Origin: Gammaproteobacteria bacterium
GTDB taxonomy: Bacteria > Pseudomonadota > Gammaproteobacteria > RBG-16-57-12
DNA: 64,000 nt
Assembly: GCA_022712945.1 (NCBI GenBank)
Contig: JAFLJP010000104.1
Location: 76,447-140,446 of the forward strand
Direction: 5' to 3'
In this document: positions 11,022 to 22,106 of the stretch, piece by piece
Numbering within the stretch: position 1 is the first letter of the stretch
Layout: every line of letters begins with the position of its first letter
Translations under genes and position numbers: made by a program
Notes under the pieces: model-generated
What the model was told of the DNA's origin: nothing
The model's database searches: none
Seen by the model: only the letters and a program-made list of their open reading frames with translations

Positions 11022-13337
11022 GTGGGAAATTCAATGGGAAGAGAGCGTTTAGGTATTCCCTGCTACCTCAGTGGTCTATTGATGCTTACCCTGCTGAGCA
11101 TAAAAATTGCTTTTGCTGCCGAGCTTACTGTCATCGTCAAAGAGCGCGGCAGTGGCGAGCTGGTTGAAGGAGCGACGGTGGTTATTGATGATGGCGTGGC
11201 CTACGATGAAACAACGAAAAATGGACGCATTCTCTTTTCTGACATTTCACCCCCCACTCAAATCAAAGTGCTGGCCGCAGGCTTTGAGACGTTAATTAAA
11301 ACCCGTGGCCTGAACCAGCCTGAGCTGGTGCTCTATCTGTTGCCGGTTGTTGTTGAGGGTGAAGGCCTGAGCGTGACCGCAGAACGGCTAACAGAAAAAA
11401 CATCAAAAATATCACTCTCCGTAGAAGAGTTAACCCGCTCTGCCGGTAGTGGTGGTGACCCACTCAAAGCGATCACCGCCCTGCCCGGCATTATTGCCAC
11501 CGAAGAGGGTTCCGCAGAGGTCTATATGCGGGGCAGCAATAGCAACGAGAACATCACCTGGGTAAACAATGCACCGGTGGGCTATCTTTACCACTTTGGC
11601 GGGTTTCAATCGACAATCAACCCCGCATTGATTGAAGATATTAACGTCTTTCTCGGTGGCTTTCCGGTCCAGTATGGCGATGCACTGGGTGGAGTCATTG
11701 ATGCCAAACTGCGCGCACCCAAAAGTGATCGCACCCACTACAAATTTGACATTTCAACCATCAGCAGCTCTTTTCTGGTAGAGGGGCCAGCGGGAGAAAA
11801 TGGTGATAGCTTTTTTATTGCCGGTCGTCGCAGCTATCTTGATCTGCTTTTATCACCCAGCGATGCCACTGAATTGTTTGCCGATGAGGATGAAAGTGAC
11901 CCAGACCAGGTATTGCTAGTACCGCGTTTTTACGACTTTCAGGCGCTCTATCGCCGCCAGCTCAAAAATGGCTATCTGGACGGCTATCTGTTCACTGCCG
12001 GTGATGAGATGAAAATGGAGCTGCGCAGCTCTGCCAGATCCGACCCTCAACTGGCCGGAGAGTTACGCAACAAACAGGAGTACCAAACACTCGGCCTCAC
12101 CTGGCAGCAGCGCTGGAACAGCAAATGGGACAGCCTCTCAACCGTGGCTTATATACAAGATAAAAGCGCCGTTCGCCTGGGTCGTGATGAACAGGGGAAG
12201 TCGTTTTATGCACATGTGGAAGGAAACCAGTTGCATCTACAACCGGAATTGCGCTGGCAACTGCGTACTGACTCAAAGCTTAGCTTTGGTTTTTCCAGTG
12301 ACTATTTTCGACTTCCAGTGGATCTTTATGCCCCTCGACGCTGTTCAGAAAATGATCCCAATTGTGATTTCACCTCCCAGAAAAAATATCGCCTCAAAAA
12401 GGTGATTTATGCTGCAGAGGTCTCCCCCTACATCAAGTACCATCGACAGTGGACAGAAAAACTGGCCACCCAGTTTAGCCTGCGCCACACCAATATTGAA
12501 GTCAGCGGAGGCTTTCACACCCACACGACTTCACCCCGTGCCACACTGGAGTATCAATTAACCACCAATACCCTGTTAATGGCTACTTGGGGACAATATA
12601 TTCAAATGCCCGGTGGGGCAGAAATCATCCAATCCTTTGGTAACCCAGCGCTGTTAATGACCGAAGCAGAGCATCGGATTCTGGGTATTGAGCATCAAGT
12701 TAATCCGCTCTACAGCGTTAAGGCAGAGGTGTATCACAAGCCGATGAAAAACCTGGTGGTCGCCCTTGATGAGAATAATCCACCCAACAACTATGCCAAT
12801 CGCGGCACAGGTGAGGCCTACGGCTTTGATCTGTTTATCAAGCGTAAGCCGAGTCAGGGGAAAATTGGCTGGCTGTCACTCTCTTGGGCCAAATCTCGCC
12901 GCACCAATCAGATTACCAGCATTACCCGTGATTTTTCCGGTGACCAACCACTCACACTCACCGCCGTATGGGGCCAACCGTTTGGTGAAAACTGGACACG
13001 CTGGGACTGGAGCATCAAGGCACAGGTCAATTCAGGCAGACCCTATACCGCAATTACAGGCCGCAATTGGGATGCTGCAAATAACCGCTGGGTTGCCGAA
13101 TACGGTGAACACAATGGCGAACGGCTGCCCACTTACTACAAGGTCGACCTGCGTATCGGGCGTGAAGTGCTGCTTCAGGAGTCTAAATTAAAATTTTATC
13201 TTGACCTGCAAAACGTCACCTTTGCTAAAAATATCGTTGAGTACGATTACGGTGATGAATACCAGAATATCGACAACCCTACCAAAGTGACCGGCATGCC
13301 ATTTTTCCCTTTTTTCGGTGTAGAGCTGGAGTATTAA
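11022..13337 (+). CDS. TonB-dependent outer-membrane receptor with an N-terminal carboxypeptidase-regulatory-like domain.
   Basis: Signal peptide. CarbopepD_reg-like segment TVIVKERGSGELVEGATVVIDDG. Plug-domain motifs PGIIATEEGSAEVYMRGSN...FLGGFPVQYGDALGGVIDAKL. Ends in tyrosine at the C-terminus. Confidence 0.7.
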   Translation: MGNSMGRERLGIPCYLSGLLMLTLLSIKIAFAAELTVIVKERGSGELVEGATVVIDDGVAYDETTKNGRILFSDISPPTQIKVLAAGFETLIKTRGLNQPELVLYLLPVVVEGEGLSVTAERLTEKTSKISLSVEELTRSAGSGGDPLKAITALPGIIATEEGSAEVYMRGSNSNENITWVNNAPVGYLYHFGGFQSTINPALIEDINVFLGGFPVQYGDALGGVIDAKLRAPKSDRTHYKFDISTISSSFLVEGPAGENGDSFFIAGRRSYLDLLLSPSDATELFADEDESDPDQVLLVPRFYDFQALYRRQLKNGYLDGYLFTAGDEMKMELRSSARSDPQLAGELRNKQEYQTLGLTWQQRWNSKWDSLSTVAYIQDKSAVRLGRDEQGKSFYAHVEGNQLHLQPELRWQLRTDSKLSFGFSSDYFRLPVDLYAPRRCSENDPNCDFTSQKKYRLKKVIYAAEVSPYIKYHRQWTEKLATQFSLRHTNIEVSGGFHTHTTSPRATLEYQLTTNTLLMATWGQYIQMPGGAEIIQSFGNPALLMTEAEHRILGIEHQVNPLYSVKAEVYHKPMKNLVVALDENNPPNNYANRGTGEAYGFDLFIKRKPSQGKIGWLSLSWAKSRRTNQITSITRDFSGDQPLTLTAVWGQPFGENWTRWDWSIKAQVNSGRPYTAITGRNWDAANNRWVAEYGEHNGERLPTYYKVDLRIGREVLLQESKLKFYLDLQNVTFAKNIVEYDYGDEYQNIDNPTKVTGMPFFPFFGVELEY

Positions 13338-13419
13338 CCAGATGACTTTTTGGCACTATTCAGCATGCTTAGGTAGGAAGTATATTGGGTACAAAAACAA
13401 CGAAGAGTTGAGGTGAAAA

Positions 13420-14058
13420 ATGAATACGTTGAACAGTTATCAATTTTTATCACTGATGAACAGCGGCGGCCCAATTATGTGGGTGATTTTTGTGGTCGCC
13501 TGTATCGCCATGACACTGGTGGTGTGGGAGGCACTGCGTGGACAAGCGCTGATAAAAAGTGCCCGTCAGGACTACCATCACCTGCGAACAGACAACCGCT
13601 ACCTACCCATCACCAATGGCAGCATCAGCCCGGTGGCTCAATTACTCGTGGCAACCCACTGGTCAGATGTGCAATCGAGAGAGGATATAGCTCGGGAGTT
13701 CAATATCCACTTAGCAGAAATCACTCCTAAAATGGAAGGCACCCTTGCCACTATCGCCATTCTTGCCTCGCTCTTACCAATGCTGGGTCTGCTGGGCACC
13801 GTTACCGGTATGATCAATGTGTTTGAAGTGGTTGCCTTGCACGGCAGTGGCAAGCCGGATGAGATGGCCGATGGCATTTCACAGGCACTGCTCACCACCG
13901 CCAGCGGTCTGATTATCGCCATCCCGGTGATCTTCATGCACCACCTGCTGTCACGGCGGGTCAATGCTTTGATGGCGATAACACACCAGGCGGTCCAGCT
14001 GATTTTGCACCGCAATGTGGATAGCTTAAAAAAGGTGTACAACAATGCCAACGGATGA
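13420..14058 (+). CDS. exbB: MotA/TolQ/ExbB-family proton channel.
   Basis: Three-transmembrane topology and family conservation. Lies directly upstream of exbD and tonB. Confidence 0.75.
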   Translation: MNTLNSYQFLSLMNSGGPIMWVIFVVACIAMTLVVWEALRGQALIKSARQDYHHLRTDNRYLPITNGSISPVAQLLVATHWSDVQSREDIAREFNIHLAEITPKMEGTLATIAILASLLPMLGLLGTVTGMINVFEVVALHGSGKPDEMADGISQALLTTASGLIIAIPVIFMHHLLSRRVNALMAITHQAVQLILHRNVDSLKKVYNNANG

Positions 14059-14467
14059 TCTTTGCCCGATACCAACGGTTAACACCGGCAAGCCGGAGAT
14101 CAGTATGGCACCGCTGGTCGATATCGTTTTCCTGCTGTTGATTTTTTTTATGGTGACGACCGTCTTCCCGGAAAATGACGGCCTACTCATCGAAAAACCC
14201 GACTCGGAAAATGCGGCCGCACTTGATAACGAACATCTGGTTATCAAAATAGACCAACAGGGAATTGCCTACATGGATGAACGGCCAGTGACCACTGACG
14301 ACATCATTCGATTGCTTAAAATTGAGTTGGCAAACAAATCACAACCAGCGGTCACCATTCATGCCGACCGCCGTGCTACCACTGAATCACTGATTGATGT
14401 CATTGATGCGGCAAAAGCTGGGGGTGCCAAGCAACTGGGCATTGCCACCGATGAAAAGCGTGACTAG
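14045..14467 (+). CDS. exbD: ExbD/TolR biopolymer transport protein.
   Basis: Single N-terminal transmembrane segment (LVDIVFLLLIFFMVTT). Overlaps the exbB stop. Confidence 0.75.
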   Translation: MPTDDLCPIPTVNTGKPEISMAPLVDIVFLLLIFFMVTTVFPENDGLLIEKPDSENAAALDNEHLVIKIDQQGIAYMDERPVTTDDIIRLLKIELANKSQPAVTIHADRRATTESLIDVIDAAKAGGAKQLGIATDEKRD

Positions 14468-15164
14468 AACCGCCCCTGTTGGCCTCGCTGTGCTCGGAGG
14501 CGTTCTGCTCACCCTGGGCTTGCTGCTCTTTATTAACGTGCTAGCAAATTACCGCGCACAAACCACCGAACCGCGCCCACTACTGGTAGTGAACCTAACG
14601 GCATGGCCAGTACCGGTAAAGCAGGAAAAACAGCCCACGCCGCCCAAACCAAAAAAACAGCCACTGCCTGAAAAACCGGCGATGAAAACACCACCACCGC
14701 CTAAACCAAAGCGATCACCCCAGGCAGAGAAGATTGTGGAAGAGATACCAGCGGAACCGGTGGAGCATGAGCCTGAAGAGACCATCATCGAAGAGGTCGA
14801 GAAAACCACTGAACCGGCTCCCACAGAACCTACGCCACCCATGCTGATTGAGCCAGCAGAAGAGGCCCTACCCACCCCGGTGCCAATATTCAAACTCACC
14901 CAAGCCCCGCGTTTTCTACACCGGGAAACACCCATCTACCCGGAATCCATGCGCACCCAAGGCATCAGCGGCATCGTTAAGCTGGAAGCGTTAATTGATA
15001 AAGAGGGGCAGGTAAGAGAAGTTAATATTTTAACCTCTGCCGGAAGCCATTTTGATCAAGCAGCCAAGCACGCCATTCTGGCCTCAACCTTTTATCCCGC
15101 TGAAGTGGAGGGTGAGCCGGTAGCGGTGTTACTGCGCCTACCGGTGACATTTAGTTTACGTTAA
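14451..15164 (+). CDS. tonB: TonB energy transducer.
   Basis: N-terminal anchor. Proline- and lysine-rich spacer PKPKKQPLPEKP...PPPPKPK. C-terminal TonB domain. The ORF is open from 14394, so the start is uncertain. Confidence 0.75.
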   Translation: MKSVTRTAPVGLAVLGGVLLTLGLLLFINVLANYRAQTTEPRPLLVVNLTAWPVPVKQEKQPTPPKPKKQPLPEKPAMKTPPPPKPKRSPQAEKIVEEIPAEPVEHEPEETIIEEVEKTTEPAPTEPTPPMLIEPAEEALPTPVPIFKLTQAPRFLHRETPIYPESMRTQGISGIVKLEALIDKEGQVREVNILTSAGSHFDQAAKHAILASTFYPAEVEGEPVAVLLRLPVTFSLR

Positions 15165-15320
15165 ACATAGCAACCCCTCATTTCAGGGAGTAAAAACTGA
15201 AAAAACCAGGGCTGCGAGCACCCCGATAACTGTCATTATTCTATGTTACTCTTTAGTCAAAACAGCAAGCTGAAAATAGCTTTTTTAATGCGTTAAAATT
15301 CACATATTGATCAACTGATA

Positions 15321-15435
15321 AGGGATGTAGAAGAAGTTAGAGTACCGTTATTACGCCGAATTATTGTTCACCCTATCTAGCAGGGTCGGCAAAAAGACCA
15401 GTAAGAGCGGTATTTTAATAAATCCTACATCCCTA
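15321..15435 (+). mobile_element. Full-length long variant (about 115 bp) of the miniature inverted-repeat element.
   Basis: Terminal inverted repeats agggatgtagaag ... cctacatccct. The interior shares ccagtaagagcggtattttaataaat with the other copies. Confidence 0.7.
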
Positions 15436-15486
15436 AGAGAGAGTGTTGCACTGCACTCTTCACAAAAATAACGACAGGTAAAAGCC

Positions 15487-17151
15487 ATGTTCCGCACCAC
15501 AATGCTCATCAGCTTACTGCTTATCAACACTCTCAGCTTCGCCCAGGAGAAGCCTCCCATGGCCGCCATTGCGACGGCCCACCCGCTGGCTACCCAGGCG
15601 GGCATGACTATTCTTGAGCAAGGGGGTAACGCCTTTGATGCAGCGGTGGCGGTAACCGCCGCACTGGCAGTGGTCGAGCCCACCGGTTCCGGCTTGGGCG
15701 GCGGGGGTTTTTGGTTAATTCATGATGCTGAACAAAACAGACAGATCATGATCGATGGCCGTGAAATGGCCCCTGGTAAAGCGCACCGGGATATGTATCT
15801 GGATGCACAGGGTAAGGTAATTGCAAACCTTTCCATGGATGGCCCCTTGGCTGCGGGTATTCCGGGCACACCGGCAGCAATGGAACACCTTGCCAAGCAG
15901 TACGGACAACTTCCGCTCAGCCAGTCACTGGCACCGGCCATTGGTTATGCTGAACAGGGATTTGAAGTGGACAAACCCTATCAGAGAATGGCGAAATTTC
16001 GCCTCAACGCACTCCAGGCGTCGCCAGCCGCCGCGCAGATTTTTCTTGAAAACAACCAACCACCCACCGATGGCTTCGTTATCAAACAGCCTGAGCTGGC
16101 CAATACACTCAAAGCCATCGCGGCACACGGTGCCAAGGGCTTTTATGAGGGAAAGGTTGCGAATCGATTGATTGAAGGGGTACAGCAGGCGGGAGGAATC
16201 TGGACTCATCAGGATCTTCAAAACTACCAGCTGATCGAACGAGCGCCGATTCGCAGTCAATATTACCACATCACCCTCACCTCAGCGGCACCGCCCTCCT
16301 CCGGCGGCATTGTTCTCAGTACGATACTGAATATACTGGAGGGTTATGAGCTAAACAGCCGGGATGAAGCAGAACAGATTCACCTCATGGTTGAGGCCAT
16401 GCGCCGCGCCTACCGTGATCGCGCCGAATATATGGGGGACAGTGATTTTGTCGAAGTACCCCAAAACCTGCTCACCAGCAAAGATTATGCAGCGGGATTG
16501 CGCGCCACCATTCATCCTGATCTGGCCACCCCCAGCAGGCTACTGCCCGGCGCGGTTGACGGCGACAAAGGCCGTGACACCACCCACTTCTCAATTATTG
16601 ACAGAGAAGGCAACCGAGTTTCGGCCACCATGAGCATCAACTACCCATTCGGATCAGGTTTTGTTGCCCCCGGCACTGGGGTGTTGCTGAATGATGAGAT
16701 GGATGACTTCTCCAGCAAGCCCGGCGTACCCAACGCCTACGGCTTGGTGGGTGCCGAGGCCAACGCAATCGAACCCGGCAAGCGCCCGCTCTCAAGCATG
16801 AGTCCCAGTTTTCTGGAGACAGCCGACCGGGTAGCGATTCTCGGCACACCGGGTGGCAGCCGCATCATTACCATGTTGCTGCTGGCAACTCTTGAATTTG
16901 CAAAAAACAGCCCGGTAGAAACATGGGTCAGCACACCCCGCTTTCACCATCAATACCTGCCTGACCATATTCAATATGAGCCCAACGCATTGGATGACAA
17001 GCTGATAGACAATCTTCAGGCGAGAGGCCATAAACTAAAGGCACTGAATCGGCAATATGGGGGAATGCAGGCTATTTTGTGGGATAAAAAGATGAACAGG
17101 GTAACAGCGGCAAGTGATCCCAGAGGTATTGGTACTGCCACTGTAAAGTGA
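15487..17151 (+). CDS. ggt: Gamma-glutamyltranspeptidase.
   Basis: Signal peptide. PTGSGLGGGGF motif and catalytic TTHFSIIDREGN. Confidence 0.85.
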   Translation: MFRTTMLISLLLINTLSFAQEKPPMAAIATAHPLATQAGMTILEQGGNAFDAAVAVTAALAVVEPTGSGLGGGGFWLIHDAEQNRQIMIDGREMAPGKAHRDMYLDAQGKVIANLSMDGPLAAGIPGTPAAMEHLAKQYGQLPLSQSLAPAIGYAEQGFEVDKPYQRMAKFRLNALQASPAAAQIFLENNQPPTDGFVIKQPELANTLKAIAAHGAKGFYEGKVANRLIEGVQQAGGIWTHQDLQNYQLIERAPIRSQYYHITLTSAAPPSSGGIVLSTILNILEGYELNSRDEAEQIHLMVEAMRRAYRDRAEYMGDSDFVEVPQNLLTSKDYAAGLRATIHPDLATPSRLLPGAVDGDKGRDTTHFSIIDREGNRVSATMSINYPFGSGFVAPGTGVLLNDEMDDFSSKPGVPNAYGLVGAEANAIEPGKRPLSSMSPSFLETADRVAILGTPGGSRIITMLLLATLEFAKNSPVETWVSTPRFHHQYLPDHIQYEPNALDDKLIDNLQARGHKLKALNRQYGGMQAILWDKKMNRVTAASDPRGIGTATVK

Positions 17152-17210
17152 CACAACCGGCTTGGGTGAAAATATCACAACCGGCTAACGCCTCACCCTC
17201 CAAAAAGTGG

Positions 17211-19043
17211 TTAGTTGCCCACTTTAAAAAATGTGATCAATTTTGTAAGCGAGCGGGACTCAGTATTCATCGACTCACTGGCAGCGGAGACCTCTTCTAC
17301 CAGTGCAGCATTCTGTTGGGTGGCATGATCCATCTGGGTAATCGCTTTATTAATCTGTTCAATACCAGTCGCCTGTTCGCGGGATGCGGAGGAGATATCG
17401 GCAACAATTGTGCTGACTTTTTGCACAGCGGTCACAATCGAGTCCAGCGTCTCACCCGATTCATCCACCAACCGCGAGCCCTCTTTCACTTTCTGCACAC
17501 TGTCGTTAATTAGCCCCTTGATCTCTTTTGCCGCAGCGGCACTGCGTTGTGCCAGGTTTCGTACCTCACTGGCAACCACCGCAAAACCACGCCCCTGTTC
17601 ACCGGCACGTGCCGCCTCTACCGCTGCATTTAACGCCAGCAAATTGGTCTGAAAAGCGATCTCATCAATCACACCAATGATGTCGACAATCTTTTTACTG
17701 GAGCCATTAATTTCACTCATAGCGGTTATCGCATCAGCAACAATTGCCCCCCCCTTCTCCGCCTCAGCCTGGGCATTTGATCCCAGTTGACTGGCTTCAC
17801 CGGCATTATCAGCATTCTGTTTCACGGTGCTGGTTATCTCTTCCATCGCCGATGCAGTTTGCTCCAGTGAGGCAGCCTGCTCTTCCGTTCGCTGGCTTAA
17901 ATCTTCATTGCCTTTTGATATTTCTGAGGAGGAGATGCAGGTGGCATCAGAGCTTTCCAGAATTTGTTTAACCATTTGGGAGAGGTTGCTTAAACAGGCA
18001 TTAACAGCATCGCGCAGATCGGCAAATTCACCTTCAAACTCACCGTTGACACTATCCCTGAGATCACCCTCAGCCAATTTCTGGATAACCCGCGATGTTT
18101 CACGCAGGGGTACCACAATCGCGTCCATCATCGAGTTAATATCATTAGCCAGCTGTTTAACAAAACCATCGTAACGATCGGTATTAATACGCCCGCCCAA
18201 ATCACCGTGTTTGACCGCTTCGATCAGTTTGGAAATTTGCTGGAGTGCATCTTTTTGCGCAGTAATATCGGTGGCATACTTCACCACCTTAAAGGGCTTT
18301 CCGTCGAGACCCATAATCGGATTGTAAGATGCCTGAATCCATACCTCCTTGCCATTTTTTCCAATCCGTTTGTATTCGCCCAGGTCATATTTCCCCTGGT
18401 TAAGTTTTCCCCAAAACAGCTTGTATTCAACACTTTTTGCGTAGTCCGGCTCAGCAAACATGCTGTGGTGTTTCCCTTTTATTTCTGCCAGTGAATAGCC
18501 CAGAGTGTTCAAAAAATTATCGTTGGCATTGATGATTGTGCCGTCCATATTGAACTCAATCACCGCCTGGGATTTTGAAATCGCCTCAATCTGCCCTTTG
18601 TGATCAACTTCAAGTGCCTCGCGTGCTCTCTGTTGGCTAACATCCTGCCACTCCATAACAGTACCGATGTAGTTATTTTCATCATCGATTTGCGCCGTCA
18701 CACGGATATTAAAGATCAATGGGCCAATCTGAGTATCAGCCGAATGGGGAAGATTACGTGGATCACTCAATAATTTGCGTTGATGCCGAGGATCCTTATG
18801 GAATATATCAATACAACTTCCGATCAGCGTCTCCGCACTGAAATCAGGATAAACTTCTCTCAATAGATCCTGATTTTTTTCCAGCAGCATCCGGGTTGCA
18901 TTGTTGGCAAAAGTGATATTGAAATTTCGGTCAACCACCATAATAGCGAGCCCAGTATTTTCAACAATTGAGCGTAATCTCACCCACTCTTCTCTCTCGG
19001 ATTCGCTGTTCAAATCATCACCTTTATTGTTGTCCATCGCCAC
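17211..19043 (-). CDS. Soluble methyl-accepting chemotaxis protein with PAS domains.
   Basis: N-terminal PAS-like repeats with no transmembrane segment. C-terminal MCP signalling domain ([24 protein letters not shown]). Confidence 0.8.
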   Translation of the reverse strand: MAMDNNKGDDLNSESEREEWVRLRSIVENTGLAIMVVDRNFNITFANNATRMLLEKNQDLLREVYPDFSAETLIGSCIDIFHKDPRHQRKLLSDPRNLPHSADTQIGPLIFNIRVTAQIDDENNYIGTVMEWQDVSQQRAREALEVDHKGQIEAISKSQAVIEFNMDGTIINANDNFLNTLGYSLAEIKGKHHSMFAEPDYAKSVEYKLFWGKLNQGKYDLGEYKRIGKNGKEVWIQASYNPIMGLDGKPFKVVKYATDITAQKDALQQISKLIEAVKHGDLGGRINTDRYDGFVKQLANDINSMMDAIVVPLRETSRVIQKLAEGDLRDSVNGEFEGEFADLRDAVNACLSNLSQMVKQILESSDATCISSSEISKGNEDLSQRTEEQAASLEQTASAMEEITSTVKQNADNAGEASQLGSNAQAEAEKGGAIVADAITAMSEINGSSKKIVDIIGVIDEIAFQTNLLALNAAVEAARAGEQGRGFAVVASEVRNLAQRSAAAAKEIKGLINDSVQKVKEGSRLVDESGETLDSIVTAVQKVSTIVADISSASREQATGIEQINKAITQMDHATQQNAALVEEVSAASESMNTESRSLTKLITFFKVGN

Positions 19044-19201
19044 TTAATATCCAATACATGACTCAATACTGTATGTCGTGTCGGACAAAAAAAATTAAGC
19101 TTGAATTAGCTATGAATATGCTTGGTTAGAATTAGACTGAAATATACCATTGAAACTCGATAAATGTTTTTTCAGCAAGGGGGGACTGGACTTGGCGTGG
19201 C

Positions 19202-21475
19202 TTATTCTGGCAAGTGAGTATCGTAATCCAACTGGAGTGTATAACGGCCTGGTGCGGCTTCAATCCGCAGGAAATCCTGGGCGTGGGGTGTCTGTAGGGT
19301 TAGCTCATCACTGAGCAACTGCAGCGCCTCCCAGTTAATCACCGCCAGCTCATCAAACGCCGCCATTCCTCCACCAAACTCGGTCGGTGACTTGCGCAAA
19401 AAAAGCCTTAAGGCTCGGGGGTTCAAGAAGGGTTGATCCTGGTATTGTGGCAAATCTTCCGGCATCGTCAAGTCACTCAACAGCGGCTGCCAGGAGAAGT
19501 CGCCACCTGCATGATAATAGGCGGGCTCTTCGCCAAATGTCTCTTCCCCCAAACTGGCATAATAACGTACGGTAATGCGCAGTTCGCCGCTATTTTCACC
19601 ACGAACATAACCAAACAGACTTAAATTTTTATTCGGTCTGTTTTCCGCATCACCGGTAACACGAATACGATTAGGGAATGCACTCACCGTGTCACCGCTA
19701 TTCTGAGCATCGCGCACCATACAGAGTCCCTGCACCCCTTGGTAAGCACCACCCATACAGGCAAAACGGCTACTCCCCGACACATCCCAGCGGGCCAGCT
19801 CAAATGATTGATCATCAATGTCGTAATCTTCAAAATCACCGTAGAGCAATATATCCCGCCCCACGGCAATATTAAGCCCTGAACTGACCGAGGAGACCCG
19901 AGCCAAAGAGGCTTCGGATGGAATAAGGTGACGCAGATCAACAACTCCCACGCCACGCTCACCAATAGTAATAGTGTGGCTTATCTGTTCCGTTTGTTTG
20001 GTATAGAGCTCACCCTCAGCCAAAATCCATGCGCTGTGCTGATAAGGGAACGAAACAGCACCGCCACGGGAAAACTCCGCCAGATGTCGAATAAAGCGGT
20101 TGGCAAAATCCCCACTGATTCGCCGTGGGCGATAACCCTCAAGATAGATCGGGATTCCCTGTGCCCGAACAATCTGTTGATCACGCACATCCACCTGGGC
20201 CATCAGCCCTAACATGGTGTCATGGCGATCTTGATCAAACAGGAAATTACCCAGCCCTTCAAATATCAGCGCACCATCATGATAACCAAAACCCTGAGCA
20301 ACATGGGGGTGGTGTGATATGACCAAGTCTGCCCCGGCTTCCGCAGCCATGGTCATGCGATTATAGGCATAATTGCTCGGATCCCAAGTATACTCAGTGC
20401 CGCTATGCAACTGTGCAATCACAAAGTTTCCTTCAGCCTGTGCAGTGGTAATGGTGGCGGTCACCCGCACGTCATCATTCAAGTCCGCCGCCCCGCCCTG
20501 GGGCGTACAGGGGTCATAATCACCCCCTATACAGTCAGTTGCCACATAGAGATCAGCGTGATGAAAACCCGATATTGAAGTGGCTGAAATCAGTGAAATA
20601 GGTGTCCCTTTAATCTCAGTTTCGTAAGGCATGAAGGCCTCTTCAGGCGTTGCCCCGGCCCCTGAATACTGGAAACCATGCTGTGTCAGGTAGTCCAGGG
20701 TATCCTGCAAACCAGCAGCTAAATAATCATAGACGTGGTTATTCCCCAGGCTAACATAGTCGATACCGGCTTCACGCAAGGCGGGCAGCGACTCGGGCAG
20801 TGTAAAGTAGACGAAATTTTTAGTAGCGTGAGGTGTCTGTGGATTGAGCGTTACCGGGCTCTCAAAATTAACCACCGGAAAATCGGCCTGCACCAGGGTT
20901 GAACGGATATAGTCGAGAGCCTGGCGACTGCCTGGAAGTGGGTCACTGCTGCGAATCAGCGCCTGTGGATTATCGGCTGGAATCTCATTTGTTGGCGTCA
21001 GTTCTAAAGGGTCGAGAAAACGGCGTGCAAAAGAGAGATCACCAGCAAATAGAAAACGTGCTTCACTACTGTTTGTCGCCGTCAAAGTGAATGGTGCCAA
21101 TTGCAGCGACTGTTGGGCCATCACAATCTGCAGGTGCAGTGGCTGTTGAAATTGGCGAAACTGCGCCACATCCACGGTCAATAGCGTATTTTTTCTGGCT
21201 AGATTTTGCAGGCTGAAACGACCCTGTTGATCGGTGTAACTCTGCACCCCAAGCGCACTAACCAAGGCACCCTCAATCGCGTTACCTGATTCATCCACCA
21301 CTTCGCCATCAAGATCCACGGTGCTGTTTTGATAATGATCCCGCAGTGACTGATCCTGTTGAAAAAAGTCACTGGCCTTTGCTGCATCATCATTTTTCCC
21401 GCACCCTGGCAGGCCCCATAATAAGGAGAGCATCAAGATGGCCAGGCAGACTCTGTAACCCGTAACTGTATTCAA
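19202..21475 (-). CDS. Lipoprotein with a carboxypeptidase-regulatory-like N-terminus and a CapA/PGA_cap-type metallophosphatase domain.
   Basis: Lipobox LPGCGK. DYVSLGNNHVYDY and IAQLHSGTEY match CapA (poly-gamma-glutamate synthesis) family motifs. Confidence 0.6.
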   Translation of the reverse strand: MNTVTGYRVCLAILMLSLLWGLPGCGKNDDAAKASDFFQQDQSLRDHYQNSTVDLDGEVVDESGNAIEGALVSALGVQSYTDQQGRFSLQNLARKNTLLTVDVAQFRQFQQPLHLQIVMAQQSLQLAPFTLTATNSSEARFLFAGDLSFARRFLDPLELTPTNEIPADNPQALIRSSDPLPGSRQALDYIRSTLVQADFPVVNFESPVTLNPQTPHATKNFVYFTLPESLPALREAGIDYVSLGNNHVYDYLAAGLQDTLDYLTQHGFQYSGAGATPEEAFMPYETEIKGTPISLISATSISGFHHADLYVATDCIGGDYDPCTPQGGAADLNDDVRVTATITTAQAEGNFVIAQLHSGTEYTWDPSNYAYNRMTMAAEAGADLVISHHPHVAQGFGYHDGALIFEGLGNFLFDQDRHDTMLGLMAQVDVRDQQIVRAQGIPIYLEGYRPRRISGDFANRFIRHLAEFSRGGAVSFPYQHSAWILAEGELYTKQTEQISHTITIGERGVGVVDLRHLIPSEASLARVSSVSSGLNIAVGRDILLYGDFEDYDIDDQSFELARWDVSGSSRFACMGGAYQGVQGLCMVRDAQNSGDTVSAFPNRIRVTGDAENRPNKNLSLFGYVRGENSGELRITVRYYASLGEETFGEEPAYYHAGGDFSWQPLLSDLTMPEDLPQYQDQPFLNPRALRLFLRKSPTEFGGGMAAFDELAVINWEALQLLSDELTLQTPHAQDFLRIEAAPGRYTLQLDYDTHLPE

Positions 21476-21749
21476 CCTGAAATCCTCAAGTGGATGAAGT
21501 GAAGGTCTATTTCTAGAGGTGCTCTTAAAATGGCGGTATAACGGCCTAGGAGCTTGTCCGGGAATAGAGGTCGTAGCGAGAGAGTGTGGTTTTTAGTTCA
21601 TTTTTTCGACAATTTGAGGCGAATGGTTGTTCCCTTTAACGAAAATTGGCGGGAAAATGAGCAAAAAACACGCTTTCGCAGTAGACCTATCTATTCTCGG
21701 ACAGGCTCCTAGCATATCAAACCAAGGCGTTTTCTCCACCTGAAAATAT

Positions 21750-22106
21750 CTACGGTGTTCGCGTGACATGCTCTAACAGCTCTTGCTCCATTCGCTTGCG
21801 TATCGCTATTTTATTAACCACTTTTAACCCGTAGCGATTGGCCAGTGCGCTCCAGTCGTGGTCTGAAAGTGAGAGTGAGAGTCTGGGACGTTTTTTCTTT
21901 GCCAGTTCAAGCCCGAAAATTGAGCGCAGTTGGTCTGAGGGGCTTAGGCCGTTTTGACACGCTTCAATGCGAAAGTGGTCATCTGCATCACCCAGTTCAA
22001 AAATAACTTGGGTCGATTTTTTTTGAGTAGTGGCTTTTTTTAGTGCTTCAATAGCGTTGTTTGAGTTGTCCCAGCGGGACGGCTTTTTGCTCATGTGCTT
22101 GGCCAT
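21750..22106 (-). CDS. Small basic hypothetical protein.
   Basis: 118-aa ORF that overlaps the 3' end of the upstream YjfK-like gene by 16 nt. No recognised motif. Confidence 0.35.
   Translation of the reverse strand: MAKHMSKKPSRWDNSNNAIEALKKATTQKKSTQVIFELGDADDHFRIEACQNGLSPSDQLRSIFGLELAKKKRPRLSLSLSDHDWSALANRYGLKVVNKIAIRKRMEQELLEHVTRTP

Noticed and set aside
14549-14935. 128-aa Gly/Ser-rich ORF on the minus strand.
   Set aside because: It is antisense to the proline-rich TonB spacer, a low-complexity artefact.
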